Shown: piece after piece, positions 9,901 through 18,755 of the stretch
Numbering within the stretch: position 1 is the first letter of the stretch
How the letters are laid out: the number at the start of each line of letters is the position of its first letter
Assembly: GCA_024275665.1 (NCBI GenBank)
Contig: JAJRYS010000028.1
Coordinates: 1 to 28,161, forward strand
Source: an archaeon
GTDB lineage: Archaea > B1Sed10-29 > JAJRYS01
Length of the DNA stretch: 28,161 bases
Direction: 5' to 3'
Notes under the pieces: model-generated
Told to the model about the DNA's origin: nothing
What the model saw: the letters and a program-made list of their open reading frames with translations, nothing else
Database searches by the model: none
Program-made: the position numbers and the translations under genes

Positions 9901-10089
9901 GAATCTTAAGTCACTGCAGTCTGCCTTCATTTTACCTTCTTTTATTAGTGAGGCAGTGTCAATGCTGAGCATTAATTGGTAGTCCTGCAAGTATTGTCCG
10001 CTTGTTTCCTTTATCATCACTGGCTTATAGTATTCAAAACTGAATGCTGCAGTTATTAGCAGCATGAAAACAAGGATTTCTTTCATCAT
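6901..10089 (-). CDS. large cell-surface glycoprotein (signal peptide, DUF2341-like plus LamG/ConA-like N-terminal region, N-glycosylation-sequon-rich body, C-terminal TM anchor), interrupted by one in-frame TAA at 9520-9522
   Basis: ORFs 9520..10197 and 6901..9270 share a frame (10197-9270=927). I translated 9271-9519 by hand and found no stop: *EKVKYPGNGYDWSLATELGEKDNYIRILFNEYFDLLSIAVIKDSSTSSLAKTSIVRNKWLTIEYKVSKASNTLVRIINEDGSTV then IDWTDVG.... The signal peptide MMKEILVFMLLITAAFSFE starts at 10089. The DUF2341-like segment is DLRFYDKEKELPYWIE...AWVKINI...RMLYADN...VFYFFDDF. Sequons NxS/T occur throughout. The C-terminal anchor is LKPVLFSVILTIALLVCFVLRKH. TAG stop. Confidence 0.7.
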
Positions 10090-10197
10090 GGTTTTTTTCT
10101 CAACAAAATCAATTAAAAAGTTTTTGCAACGGATACTGGTTTTTACAATATGGCACTGGTTTAAACTCATGACGTACACGTTTTTTATACTATTCAA

Positions 10198-11523
10198 GTG
10201 TTTTTACAAAGCATGTTTTCAGAGAAAGAACTTGACAATCTTGCTCAAAACATTGTCAATAAAAGCATGCAAATTGGAATGAAAATAAATCCTTATTATG
10301 CAAGGATAATCAAAAAATTCCCATGGATTAAAGAGGCTTTTTCCTTCAACCAAGGATTGAAAAAATCAAGGATGAGCGAAAAACAATTCAAGCAGTTCAT
10401 TGAAAAGTATTCAAAACCAGATTACGGTCCTCTGTTCATTTTTAAAAAAGGAAAGTATCATGCTAAGAAAAAAGTAGGGGAAACAATACTTTTGAAGTAT
10501 CATCCTGATAACAAAGAGCTGGCTTTGCTTGTAAGAAAATACGCTTGGAAAAAAGGAGCCCACGTACTAATGCAGGAATGGAGCATGAAAGACGCGCGTG
10601 AATACTTCAAGACAAAACCATTGGGCGTTTTGAACGAGCTGAATCCTGTTTCAAAAGCCATTGTTGAAAACATTGATAAGATAATACACTTAGAGACTCG
10701 TGACTGGTCTGCTTGGAGCAAAGGAATCCCAGTCTCAAAAATCCAGCAAACCCAGTCAGTATTCAGAAGGATTAATGAGATAGAAGACTCAAGAAAAGTT
10801 CCTTGGCTGCTTGTAGGATGGCCTTTCAAAATCTCTGCGAAGGAAAAAGGAATTAGTTTCAAGTTTCTTGAAAAAGTAATGCGTGAAAGCATCCAATACT
10901 CTTACACGAAAGACGCTTTGAACCTTGTCAGAAAATATAAGAAAGCATTCACAGGAGCAAGGGACATAAGGATAATCGCGGATGACGGAACTAACCTTAT
11001 TTTCTCAGTGAAGGGAAGAAGGATTAACACTGACACTGCTTTTTACGACGAGGAAAGAATTAAGATGGGTGAAGTTGGGATGAATGTCCCTTCTGGTGAA
11101 GTGTTTTTCGCGCCAGTAGAGGACTCTGCAGAAGGAACAATACTCTTCCCGAAAGCAGTAATTCCAGGTGAGGGAATAGCAGAAAACCTTAAACTAACAT
11201 TCAAAAAAGGAGTGGTGAAAAAAATAGAAGGGAAGAACGCAGTGTTCTTGAAGAGGTTCATAAAAAAGAATGGGGAAGATTCTGATAGAATAGCGGAGTT
11301 TGGAATAGGATTGAACAAGAAAGCAAAATTCACTAAGGGAGAGATAATAATTGATGAGAAAATATTTGGAAGCATTCACGTTGCTATTGGCTGGAACAAA
11401 GGATTCGGCGGAAAAACCAACGCAGCATCTCACCTTGACTTCATAAAAGACCTGCGTAACTGCAACGGAAAAGTGTTCAAGAATGGTGAACTGGTCATAA
11501 ACAAAGGCAGGCTAGTAGCATGA
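10198..11523 (+). CDS. aminopeptidase, peptidase family M29 (AmpS/PepS, aminopeptidase T-like)
   Basis: 441 aa. Compare GEVFFAPVEDSAEGTI with the Thermus aminopeptidase T motif EEVFTAP, and IIIDEKIFGSIHVAIG with DENAASHIAFG. The start may be the second ATG (10213), which sits 26 nt downstream of TTTTATAC (10180-10187). The stop overlaps the tldD start (ATGA). Confidence 0.65.
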   Translation: MFLQSMFSEKELDNLAQNIVNKSMQIGMKINPYYARIIKKFPWIKEAFSFNQGLKKSRMSEKQFKQFIEKYSKPDYGPLFIFKKGKYHAKKKVGETILLKYHPDNKELALLVRKYAWKKGAHVLMQEWSMKDAREYFKTKPLGVLNELNPVSKAIVENIDKIIHLETRDWSAWSKGIPVSKIQQTQSVFRRINEIEDSRKVPWLLVGWPFKISAKEKGISFKFLEKVMRESIQYSYTKDALNLVRKYKKAFTGARDIRIIADDGTNLIFSVKGRRINTDTAFYDEERIKMGEVGMNVPSGEVFFAPVEDSAEGTILFPKAVIPGEGIAENLKLTFKKGVVKKIEGKNAVFLKRFIKKNGEDSDRIAEFGIGLNKKAKFTKGEIIIDEKIFGSIHVAIGWNKGFGGKTNAASHLDFIKDLRNCNGKVFKNGELVINKGRLVA

Positions 11524-12860
11524 TTGACAAGTTAGCAGCTTTCCTGAATAATGATTTCTACGCAGATGCCCGCTTGGTGAGAGGGGTTTTTAATTCTGTC
11601 AAAGTGAGGAATTCAGAAGTAAAGGAAGCATCTTCAGGAGAGTTCTCAGCTTATTCTTTCCGAGTCCTTATCAATGGCGCTTTTGGTTTTGCAGCAAGCA
11701 ATGACTTTTCAAAGGTTAAAGAGACTTTTGAAAGAGCTGTTTCCCTTGCGAGAGCTTCTGAGAAAAAGAATCTTAGGTCTAAGTTAAGTCCTGAAAAAAC
11801 AGTTTCAAAAAAGTTTGAGAAGAAACCAGAACAAGAGTTGAAGGAAGTTTCTTTAGAAGAAATAGTTGAAAGGCTTGTTGAATTAAACAAGTTGATGAAG
11901 AAAGGAAAAATAACTTCTTACAGTTCTTTGTACAATTCAAAAGTATTTGAGTATTACTATTTGAACTCTGAAGGAACTAACCTTTCTTTCTCCTCTAACT
12001 ATTCAAAGTTGTTCTTACAGTCGTTTGCTAAAAACGAATCAACCAAACAGGTTTATTCGAATGCGTTTGCTGGTTTTTATGGTTTTGAATTCTTTGACAA
12101 GTATTATGACAAGCCAGAGGAAACATCTTTGAAAGCAATAGAACTGCTTAAAGCAGAGAAGATAAAGCCAGGAGTTTATGACGTGGTGTTAGAGCCTCAG
12201 ATGACTGGCGTTTTTTCTCATGAAGTAGTAGGACATGCTTGCGAAGCTGACCATGTTCTTACCGGAGAGTCAATCTTAAAGGACAAAATAGGGGAAATAA
12301 TAGCTCCTGAAACAGTCAGCATCGTTGATGATCCTTTGCTTGATGCTAATGGTTTTTATCCTTTTGATGACGAGGGAGTGCTTTCTCAAAAGACTTTCAT
12401 GATAAGAAAAGGAATCCTTAGCTCCTTCCTTCATTCAAGAGAAACAGCAGCAAAAATGAACACACATTCAACTGGAAATGCTCGTGCTGAGAGTGTTTTC
12501 AAATTCCCAATAGTGAGAATGAGTAACATAGTGTTTGAAAAAGGAGATGCCAGTGATTCTGAGATTCTTGAAGGAAGAGTTATTGTCTTTGAAAGCACTA
12601 AGGGAGGTCAGGTTGACCCTACTTCTGGTAGCTTCCAATTTGACTCTCAGCTTGCGTATTATTATGAAAATGGTGAGAGGAAAAAAGTATTAAGGGATGT
12701 GATTTTCAGCGGAAACCTTCTTGACACTTTGAAGAATATTGTATTAGCAGGCAAGAATGTTGATTATGATAGCAGCGGCACTTGTGGGAAGTCAGGACAA
12801 GGAGTCCCAGTGAGTGACGGAGGACCTAGGATAAGAGTGAGTGGTGTTCATGTGTCTTGA
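11520..12860 (+). CDS. tldD: TldD family metalloprotease
   Basis: 446 aa. The zinc motif HEVVGHACEADH (HExxxH) is present, plus a Gly-rich C-terminus typical of TldD. It is translationally coupled to the upstream M29 gene and the downstream pmbA. Confidence 0.8.
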   Translation: MIDKLAAFLNNDFYADARLVRGVFNSVKVRNSEVKEASSGEFSAYSFRVLINGAFGFAASNDFSKVKETFERAVSLARASEKKNLRSKLSPEKTVSKKFEKKPEQELKEVSLEEIVERLVELNKLMKKGKITSYSSLYNSKVFEYYYLNSEGTNLSFSSNYSKLFLQSFAKNESTKQVYSNAFAGFYGFEFFDKYYDKPEETSLKAIELLKAEKIKPGVYDVVLEPQMTGVFSHEVVGHACEADHVLTGESILKDKIGEIIAPETVSIVDDPLLDANGFYPFDDEGVLSQKTFMIRKGILSSFLHSRETAAKMNTHSTGNARAESVFKFPIVRMSNIVFEKGDASDSEILEGRVIVFESTKGGQVDPTSGSFQFDSQLAYYYENGERKKVLRDVIFSGNLLDTLKNIVLAGKNVDYDSSGTCGKSGQGVPVSDGGPRIRVSGVHVS

Positions 12861-12864
12861 AAGC

Positions 12865-14100
12865 ATGCTGAGGAAAGCTGAGAAAAAAGCAGACGAAGCA
12901 GAATTGTTTTATTCTTCAACGATTACGAGAACTTATAGAACTGTTTTGGATAGAGTAGAAGCAACAGAATCCACTAATACTGCTGGGTTCGGGTTGCGAG
13001 TAATCAAGGATGAGAGGGTTGGTTTTTCTTTCTTCACGAGAGAAAAAGAGTTTGAGAAAGCATTAGAGAGGGCTTTGTCTTCTGCAAAGTTTTCAAAAAA
13101 GATTAAAGCATCTTTTCCTTCTGAGAAGATTAAATCAGTTAATGAAATTAACAAAGAAATTGACAAGAGCGACGAGTTCTTCGTTGATTCTGTCCTGGCA
13201 ATGGCTTCTGTGTCTGAAGAAGCAGTTTCAATACAAAACGAAATAGAATACGAGGAGAACAAGATGAGAATTGTGAACTCGAACGGCGTTGATGCAGAAT
13301 ACGGGGATAACATAATAGCTGGTTTTTCTTCTTACAAGTATGAGGACAATGTTTTCTATTATTATGATTCTTTCCGCAAGATGATAAACTTTTCAAAGAT
13401 TGCAGAAGAAGCTGCTGAGAAGAGCATTGAATTGTCAAAAGGAAAGCCTTTGCGAGGAGTTTTTAACATTACTTTTGCCCCAATGCTTGCTGACGAGTTT
13501 TTATCATACTTTCTTCACCCGAATGTTAATGGCGAAAAAGTTTTCTTGAAAGAATCAGCGTTCGTGGGAAGACGTGGTGATAAGGTAGCTAATGAAAACC
13601 TGTCAATTTATGATGACCCTACAATAAAATTCGGAGTTCATTCTTGTCCTTTTGATGATGAAGGAGTAAAAACAAAAAAGCATGCATTAATAGAAGAAGG
13701 AGCCCTCGTGAACTTCTTGTATGACGTGGAGTCAGCTGCTCTTTCTGGTAATACTCCTACTGGTAATGGTTTTAGAAGTTCTTTTACTCGTAAGCCTTCA
13801 ATCTCAATGACTAACGTGGTTGTCAAGTCAACTGATAAACTAGCTTTGGAAGAGTTCACTGGTGTTGTTGTTTATGGTGTTATAGGCATGCATAATTCCA
13901 ATGCTTTGACAGGGGATTTCAGTCTAAGTATTACTAATGCTGTTCTTGTTGAGAAAGGAGAAATTAAGCGTCCTGTTTCCTATTGTTCAATATCAGGCAA
14001 TTTTTTTAAAACATTGAAAGAAGTGAAAGCAATAAATGATGAAACCAGGATAGGTTCTTATTATGGTCCAAGTATTGTATTCAAAGCAAGACTAGTGTGA
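12865..14100 (+). CDS. pmbA: PmbA/TldE family protein (TldD partner)
   Basis: About 410 aa. MLRKAEKKADEAELFYS...GMHNSNALTGDFSLSITNAVLVEKGEIKRPV is typical of PmbA. Alternative starts are GTG 12841 and ATG 12850 (overlapping the tldD stop at 12860). TGA stop. Confidence 0.75.
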   Translation: MLRKAEKKADEAELFYSSTITRTYRTVLDRVEATESTNTAGFGLRVIKDERVGFSFFTREKEFEKALERALSSAKFSKKIKASFPSEKIKSVNEINKEIDKSDEFFVDSVLAMASVSEEAVSIQNEIEYEENKMRIVNSNGVDAEYGDNIIAGFSSYKYEDNVFYYYDSFRKMINFSKIAEEAAEKSIELSKGKPLRGVFNITFAPMLADEFLSYFLHPNVNGEKVFLKESAFVGRRGDKVANENLSIYDDPTIKFGVHSCPFDDEGVKTKKHALIEEGALVNFLYDVESAALSGNTPTGNGFRSSFTRKPSISMTNVVVKSTDKLALEEFTGVVVYGVIGMHNSNALTGDFSLSITNAVLVEKGEIKRPVSYCSISGNFFKTLKEVKAINDETRIGSYYGPSIVFKARLV

Positions 14101-14126
14101 AAAATAAAAAGAAGAAAGAAAAAGAT

Positions 14127-14429
14127 TTATTTTTTCTTTTTTGTTGTTTTTCTTTTCACTGTTTTTTTCTTTGTTGGAGTTTTTTTCTTAACAGTTTTCT
14201 TTTTTGTTGTTTTTTTCTTTGTTGTAGTCTTTTTCTTAGTAACCCGCTTTTTTGTTGTTTTCTTTTTTACTGTTTTCTTTTTTGTTGTTTTTCTTTTCAC
14301 TGTTTTTTTCTTTGTTGTTGTCCTCTTTGTTGTTGTCTTTTTCTTCGCTGTTCTTTTTGTAGTGCACTTTCTCTTTGTTGTCTTCTTAGCAGGTTTCTTT
14401 TTTCCTCTTGTCGTTTTCTTTACAGCCAT
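14127..14429 (-). CDS. extremely basic Lys/Thr-rich low-complexity protein (histone H1 tail-like); candidate nucleic-acid-binding protein
   Basis: 100 aa: MAVKKTTRGKKKPAKKTTKRK...KKKTTKKK..., almost entirely K, T, R and V. ATG start, TAA stop. A TATA-like TTTAAACA lies 26-33 nt upstream on the minus strand (leaderless layout). The gene contains a 36-nt exact repeat spaced 141 nt apart (14141-14176 and 14282-14317). The + strand ORF over the same DNA is C/F-rich nonsense. Confidence 0.5.
   Translation of the reverse strand: MAVKKTTRGKKKPAKKTTKRKCTTKRTAKKKTTTKRTTTKKKTVKRKTTKKKTVKKKTTKKRVTKKKTTTKKKTTKKKTVKKKTPTKKKTVKRKTTKKKK
14141..14317. repeat. internal direct duplication (141-nt period, 47 codons) within the K/T-rich gene
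   Basis: ttgttgtttttcttttcactgtttttttctttgttg occurs at 14141-14176 and again at 14282-14317. Confidence 0.7.
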
Positions 14430-14454
14430 TTAACACACCACTACAATTTTTTAA

Positions 14455-14462
14455 TGTTTAAA
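14455..14462 (-). promoter_or_regulatory. TATA-box-like element for the K/T-rich gene (minus strand TTTAAACA)
   Basis: Read on the minus strand, TTTAAACA sits 26-33 nt upstream of ATG 14429, consistent with an archaeal leaderless transcript. It lies in a 130-nt AT-rich divergent intergenic region shared with lonB. Confidence 0.35.
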
Positions 14463-14560
14463 ACTAATCGCCTTTTGTTTAAAAGTCTTTCGCTTACAAA
14501 ATCTTCTGATAATTGCTTTTTTGATAAAATTTAATAACAAGAAAGTATTAATTAAAGCTC

Positions 14561-16471
14561 ATGTCGCTTCGTTTTAAAACAACAGCAGAAATTCCAGTGT
14601 CTAAAAAGCTGGTTGATCAAGTTATTGGACAAGAGCATGCTGTTGAAATTATTAAAAAAGCAGCTAAGCAAAAAAGAAACGTACTTCTTATAGGGGAGCC
14701 GGGCACTGGAAAGTCAATGCTTGCGCAAGCAATGGCTGAATTATTGCCAGTGACAGAGCTTGAGGATGTGTTAGTTTATTCAAACTCTGTTGATGAAAAC
14801 AATCCGAAAGTGAAAGTAGTTCCAGCAGGACAAGGAAAAAAGATAATAGAGGAGGAGAAAAAGAAAAGTATATTGTCTCAACAGCAATCACTTGAACAAA
14901 TAAAACCAGTAATAGGTCCGTTGTTAATTGTTTCTTTGTTGTTTACTCTTTCAATAGCAGTTGCTCTTTACTTCAAACTATTCTCAGACGTGATACTCGC
15001 TGCTTTCATAATAGTTGGAGGTATACTCTTAGCAATAATGGTGTTTGCTACTGCTTTCATTACTGGTTTTAAGAACATGAGAATGCCTGGAGTTGTCACA
15101 AATATTCCCAAGTTATTAATAGACAATTCTGATAAGAAATCAGCTCCTTTCGTAGATGCCACTGGAGCAAGAGCAGGAGCATTATTAGGTGACGTGAAGC
15201 ATGATCCTTTCCAATCAGGAGGACTTGGCACGCCTGCACATTTAAGAGTAGAGCCTGGGATGATTCACAGAGCAAATAAAGGAGTCTTGTTCATTGATGA
15301 AGTAGCTTCTCTTTCACCAAAAGCACAACAAGAACTCTTAACAGCAATGCAGGAGAAAAAGTACCCAATCACTGGCCAGTCTGAAATGTCAAGTGGTGCA
15401 ATGGTTAGGACAGAACCAGTTCCATGCGACTTCTTGTTAATTGCTTCTGGTAATATCTTTGACTTGCAGAAAATGCATCCAGCCCTAAGGTCAAGGATAA
15501 GAGGTTATGGTTATGAAGTGTTCTTAAAAGAAGACATGCCTGACACAGAAAAAAATAGGGACAAGATAAGAAGGTTCGTAGCGCAAGAAATAGTGAAAGA
15601 CAAGAAGATTCCTCACTTTTCAAAGCAAGCAGTGGAAGAAATAATAATAGAAGCGCGCAGAAGAGCTGGAAGAAAAAACAGACTTACTTTAAAACTGCGT
15701 GACCTGGGAGGATTGATAAGAGCAGCAGGAGACATTGCAATAACAGAAGGAGCAAAAATTGTTGAAAGAAAACACGTGCTTAAAGCGAAGAAGCTTGCTC
15801 TTACTCTTGAAAAACAATTAGCAGACAGGGCTATTGCAATGAAAAAAGAATACGAAGTATTCAAGACTAATGGGTTCTCTGTTGGAAGAGTGAACGGCTT
15901 GGCAGTAATCGGAAGCAGTCTTGGCTTTGGAGGGATACTATTGCCAATAGAAGCAGTAGTAACCCCTGCTCAGTCCCTCACTGCTGGAAAAACCATAGCC
16001 ACTGGAAAGCTCGTAGAGATTGCCAAGGAAGCAGTGCAGAACGTGTTTGCGATAATAAAAAAGTACAGGGGCAAGAAGATTTCAAACTATGATGTTCACA
16101 TTCAATTCATGCAAACTTACGAAGGAGTGGAAGGAGATTCTGCGAGCGTAAGCGTAGCCACTGCAGTCGTGTCAGCTCTTGAAGGCATTCCAGTAGACCA
16201 AAGCGTTGCAATGACAGGGTCTCTTTCAGTAAAAGGAGAAGTACTTCCAGTAGGAGGAGTGTCTGAGAAAATAGAAGCAGCCATTGAGTCAGGAGTTAAG
16301 ACTGTTATTGTTCCTCATGCTAACAAGGACGACGTGCTCGTAGAGAAAGAAAAACTAAAGAAAGTGAGAATAGTGACTGCGGAGAACATTGCAGACGTCT
16401 TAAAAATAGCTTTGAAGAACACTCCTAAGAAAAAGAAACTCTTGAAAAGCATTGAAAAAATTATCTCTTAA
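14561..16471 (+). CDS. lonB: archaeal membrane-bound Lon protease (LonB): AAA+ ATPase with transmembrane insertion, C-terminal Ser-Lys protease domain
   Basis: The Walker A motif is GEPGTGKS. Two hydrophobic helices (PVIGPLLIVSLLFTLSIAVALYF / ILAAFIIVGGILLAIMVFATAF) are inserted in the ATPase domain, as in archaeal LonB. The C-terminal protease segment carries the EGDSASV active-site serine motif. Confidence 0.9.
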   Translation: MSLRFKTTAEIPVSKKLVDQVIGQEHAVEIIKKAAKQKRNVLLIGEPGTGKSMLAQAMAELLPVTELEDVLVYSNSVDENNPKVKVVPAGQGKKIIEEEKKKSILSQQQSLEQIKPVIGPLLIVSLLFTLSIAVALYFKLFSDVILAAFIIVGGILLAIMVFATAFITGFKNMRMPGVVTNIPKLLIDNSDKKSAPFVDATGARAGALLGDVKHDPFQSGGLGTPAHLRVEPGMIHRANKGVLFIDEVASLSPKAQQELLTAMQEKKYPITGQSEMSSGAMVRTEPVPCDFLLIASGNIFDLQKMHPALRSRIRGYGYEVFLKEDMPDTEKNRDKIRRFVAQEIVKDKKIPHFSKQAVEEIIIEARRRAGRKNRLTLKLRDLGGLIRAAGDIAITEGAKIVERKHVLKAKKLALTLEKQLADRAIAMKKEYEVFKTNGFSVGRVNGLAVIGSSLGFGGILLPIEAVVTPAQSLTAGKTIATGKLVEIAKEAVQNVFAIIKKYRGKKISNYDVHIQFMQTYEGVEGDSASVSVATAVVSALEGIPVDQSVAMTGSLSVKGEVLPVGGVSEKIEAAIESGVKTVIVPHANKDDVLVEKEKLKKVRIVTAENIADVLKIALKNTPKKKKLLKSIEKIIS

Positions 16472-17682
16472 ACTTTAACGCTTATTGAAACGAATTCTTC
16501 CGTGACAAGAGCTATCTTGGAAAAAGGCACTCTTATTACTCCTTTTCTTGTCTTCACTCCTATCTTCCTCTTGCTCTTGCTAACTTCTATTATTTCCCCT
16601 ATTCTTTTTCCTTCTGCGTCGTAAACGTCAAGTTCTTTCTTCAGCTTAGGAGCAACATACTTGTTCACGTACATTTTCTTCATCAAGTTAGTTCCTACTA
16701 CTGAGAAGAAGAAAGCAAGCAATACCCATAACAACAACGCGTCAAACAATATCCTTCCTACTATGAAGTCTATTACTTTAGCAATGATGATGACTGCTGT
16801 AAGAGTGGAAATCATAGAAGTCAAGTACTTCTTAATCTTGTGATACTCCTTACTGTAATGCATGTCTCCTATTCTTCCAATGAAAAACAAGAACAAGCTG
16901 ATAGTGAACACTCCTAGGAATCCTGAAGTGAAAGCAGCTGCTTGTTTCAGCAGGTCAGCTTCTGCTGTGGCTAGTTTCTCCAACCCAGACCATATTGATA
17001 TTATGAAAGTAAGGAAAGAACCTACGTACAACGGGAACGTGACTCTTTCCATGCTCGTGCTTTCCTTGAAGTTCCTGAAAGCGTTTATTATAGGCTCTTC
17101 TATCCCAAACCCTTTCAGTATCAAATACAACCCGATAGTGAATATTATTATCTTCATGCCAAGCTCTTGCAAGAACGCAAGCACTAAGAGGATTATTCCA
17201 GGCAAGCCGAACACTATTCTAGCAAAAGCAGGCTCATGGAGTAATTGCTTTAACACATAGTAACTCTTCTCCAATTCTTTTGCTTGTCTTATTATCACAG
17301 TCTTCTTTGAAACAACACGAGTAAGGGAATGAATGACTGGTATTATCTGATCATCATCAGCTCCGTCAGTAACTAATACTACTCCGTCAACTTTCTTGTA
17401 CTTGCTAAGCACTTTTTTCAACTGTGACCTTATCTCCTTGTCTGCTTTATAGCCACGGGAAGCATGCCCAGTAATAGTGACTACTTCTATTGCTTCATCC
17501 TTCAATTCTTTGAAAGTCTTAACAGCTTCGAAAATAGTATTAGCATCACTCTCCTCAGGATCAGCTAACAAGAGCTCAGTAGCTGCTTTGATGTTATTAT
17601 TTACTCCTATCACAGGGCCCTTGATCCTTGCTTTCTTGCCAAGGTCATCGTCCCTGTCAACGCATAATACTATTACTCCCAT
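16468..17682 (-). CDS. DUF373-family archaeal membrane protein
   Basis: The N-terminus IVLCVDRDDDLGKK... is characteristic of the DUF373 family. Several TM helices lie in the C-terminal half. Its stop shares TTAA with the convergent lonB stop. Confidence 0.6.
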   Translation of the reverse strand: MGVIVLCVDRDDDLGKKARIKGPVIGVNNNIKAATELLLADPEESDANTIFEAVKTFKELKDEAIEVVTITGHASRGYKADKEIRSQLKKVLSKYKKVDGVVLVTDGADDDQIIPVIHSLTRVVSKKTVIIRQAKELEKSYYVLKQLLHEPAFARIVFGLPGIILLVLAFLQELGMKIIIFTIGLYLILKGFGIEEPIINAFRNFKESTSMERVTFPLYVGSFLTFIISIWSGLEKLATAEADLLKQAAAFTSGFLGVFTISLFLFFIGRIGDMHYSKEYHKIKKYLTSMISTLTAVIIIAKVIDFIVGRILFDALLLWVLLAFFFSVVGTNLMKKMYVNKYVAPKLKKELDVYDAEGKRIGEIIEVSKSKRKIGVKTRKGVIRVPFSKIALVTEEFVSISVKV

Positions 17683-17776
17683 GAAAAACCCCTTGATTTA
17701 TAAACGTACCTCATATTTTTATACTAACTCCTCTATAAAAACTTTTAAAAGAAAACAAAAATGAAAGGTTTTTCTC

Positions 17777-18751
17777 ATGAAGTCAAAGGACAAAAAACAA
17801 GCAATAATATTCGCTGGCTTGATAATAGGAGCAATCCTCCTCGTGGCAGGAGTAATAGCAGCAGTGACAGTGTTGAACATGAGCCAAGCGTCCTTGATCA
17901 TAATTTTAATAGTGTTAATCTTCTTAGGATTACGAATGAGGTCAAACTCCTTCATACTCATTTTAAAAGAATACGAGAGAGCAGTGGTATTCAGGTACGG
18001 TAAGTTCGTAGGAGTAAAAGGCCCTGGAATAGTGTTCATAATCCCGTTCATTGACACTTTCAAACTCGTGGACTTGAGAACTAAGACAGTGGACATTCCA
18101 GCACAAGAAGTAGTCACGAAGAGCAACATCAAGCTCAAAATAGATGCAATCCTGTACATCAGAGTAGTTGACCCGAAGAAAGCAGTCCTGGAAGTAGAAG
18201 ACTACCAGAAAGCAGCTGTTTCAAACATCCAAGCTTCTCTCAGGTCAGTTATTGGCAAGATGGAACTCCAGGAAGTGATTTCAAACATTGACAAGATAAA
18301 CGAGTTGCTGAGGAAGGAAACAGAACTCGTTGCCAAGGAATGGGGCATAGTGATTGAGAATGTTGAAATCCAGTCAGTGCAGCTTCCAACAGGAGTGCAA
18401 GAAGCCATTCACAAAAGGAAACAAGCAGAACAAGAGAAACTAGCGCAGAAAGAACGCGCTGAAGGAAGAAAAATAATGCTCGAAGCAATAGAACAAGCAG
18501 CATCTCAATTCACAGATCCTACTTTGAAATACCTGTATTTACAAGCGCTTGAGAAAATGGCTGAAGGAAAGTCAGCTAAGATAATATTCCCAGTAGAACT
18601 CATGAAGCTTGCTGAAGGAGTAACAAAACGCCTAGGCGCAAAAGAAAAAAAGGAGATAGAGAAAGCCAACGAATCCTTGTTAGAAGAACTCAAAGAAAAA
18701 CTCGGAGCAAAGGAAAAGAAGAAAACCGCTAAGAAGAAGGCTAAGAAGTGA
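17777..18751 (+). CDS. SPFH/band-7 (stomatin/prohibitin-like) membrane protein
   Basis: An N-terminal TM region is followed by YERAVVFRYGKFVGVKGPGIVFIIPFID...DLRT..DIP.QEV.TKSN, the stomatin core. The C-terminus is coiled-coil and K-rich. Confidence 0.85.
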   Translation: MKSKDKKQAIIFAGLIIGAILLVAGVIAAVTVLNMSQASLIIILIVLIFLGLRMRSNSFILILKEYERAVVFRYGKFVGVKGPGIVFIIPFIDTFKLVDLRTKTVDIPAQEVVTKSNIKLKIDAILYIRVVDPKKAVLEVEDYQKAAVSNIQASLRSVIGKMELQEVISNIDKINELLRKETELVAKEWGIVIENVEIQSVQLPTGVQEAIHKRKQAEQEKLAQKERAEGRKIMLEAIEQAASQFTDPTLKYLYLQALEKMAEGKSAKIIFPVELMKLAEGVTKRLGAKEKKEIEKANESLLEELKEKLGAKEKKKTAKKKAKK

Positions 18752-18755
18752 ATAA

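Noticed and set aside
2732-10197. Genome-wide reassignment of TAA to a sense codon
   Set aside because: At least 8 genes in the window terminate cleanly at TAA with correctly positioned downstream neighbours (for example the PIN gene, rnz, lonB and the RHH gene). Reading through them quickly hits further stops.
14097-14534. 145-aa + strand ORF rich in Cys, Phe and Leu over the K/T-rich locus
   Set aside because: It is the mirror image of the poly-purine coding strand (AAG/AAA/ACN read as CTT/TTT/NGT). It has no hydrophilic residues and no plausible promoter or start context. The minus-strand K/T protein has an ATG and a TATA box at leaderless spacing.
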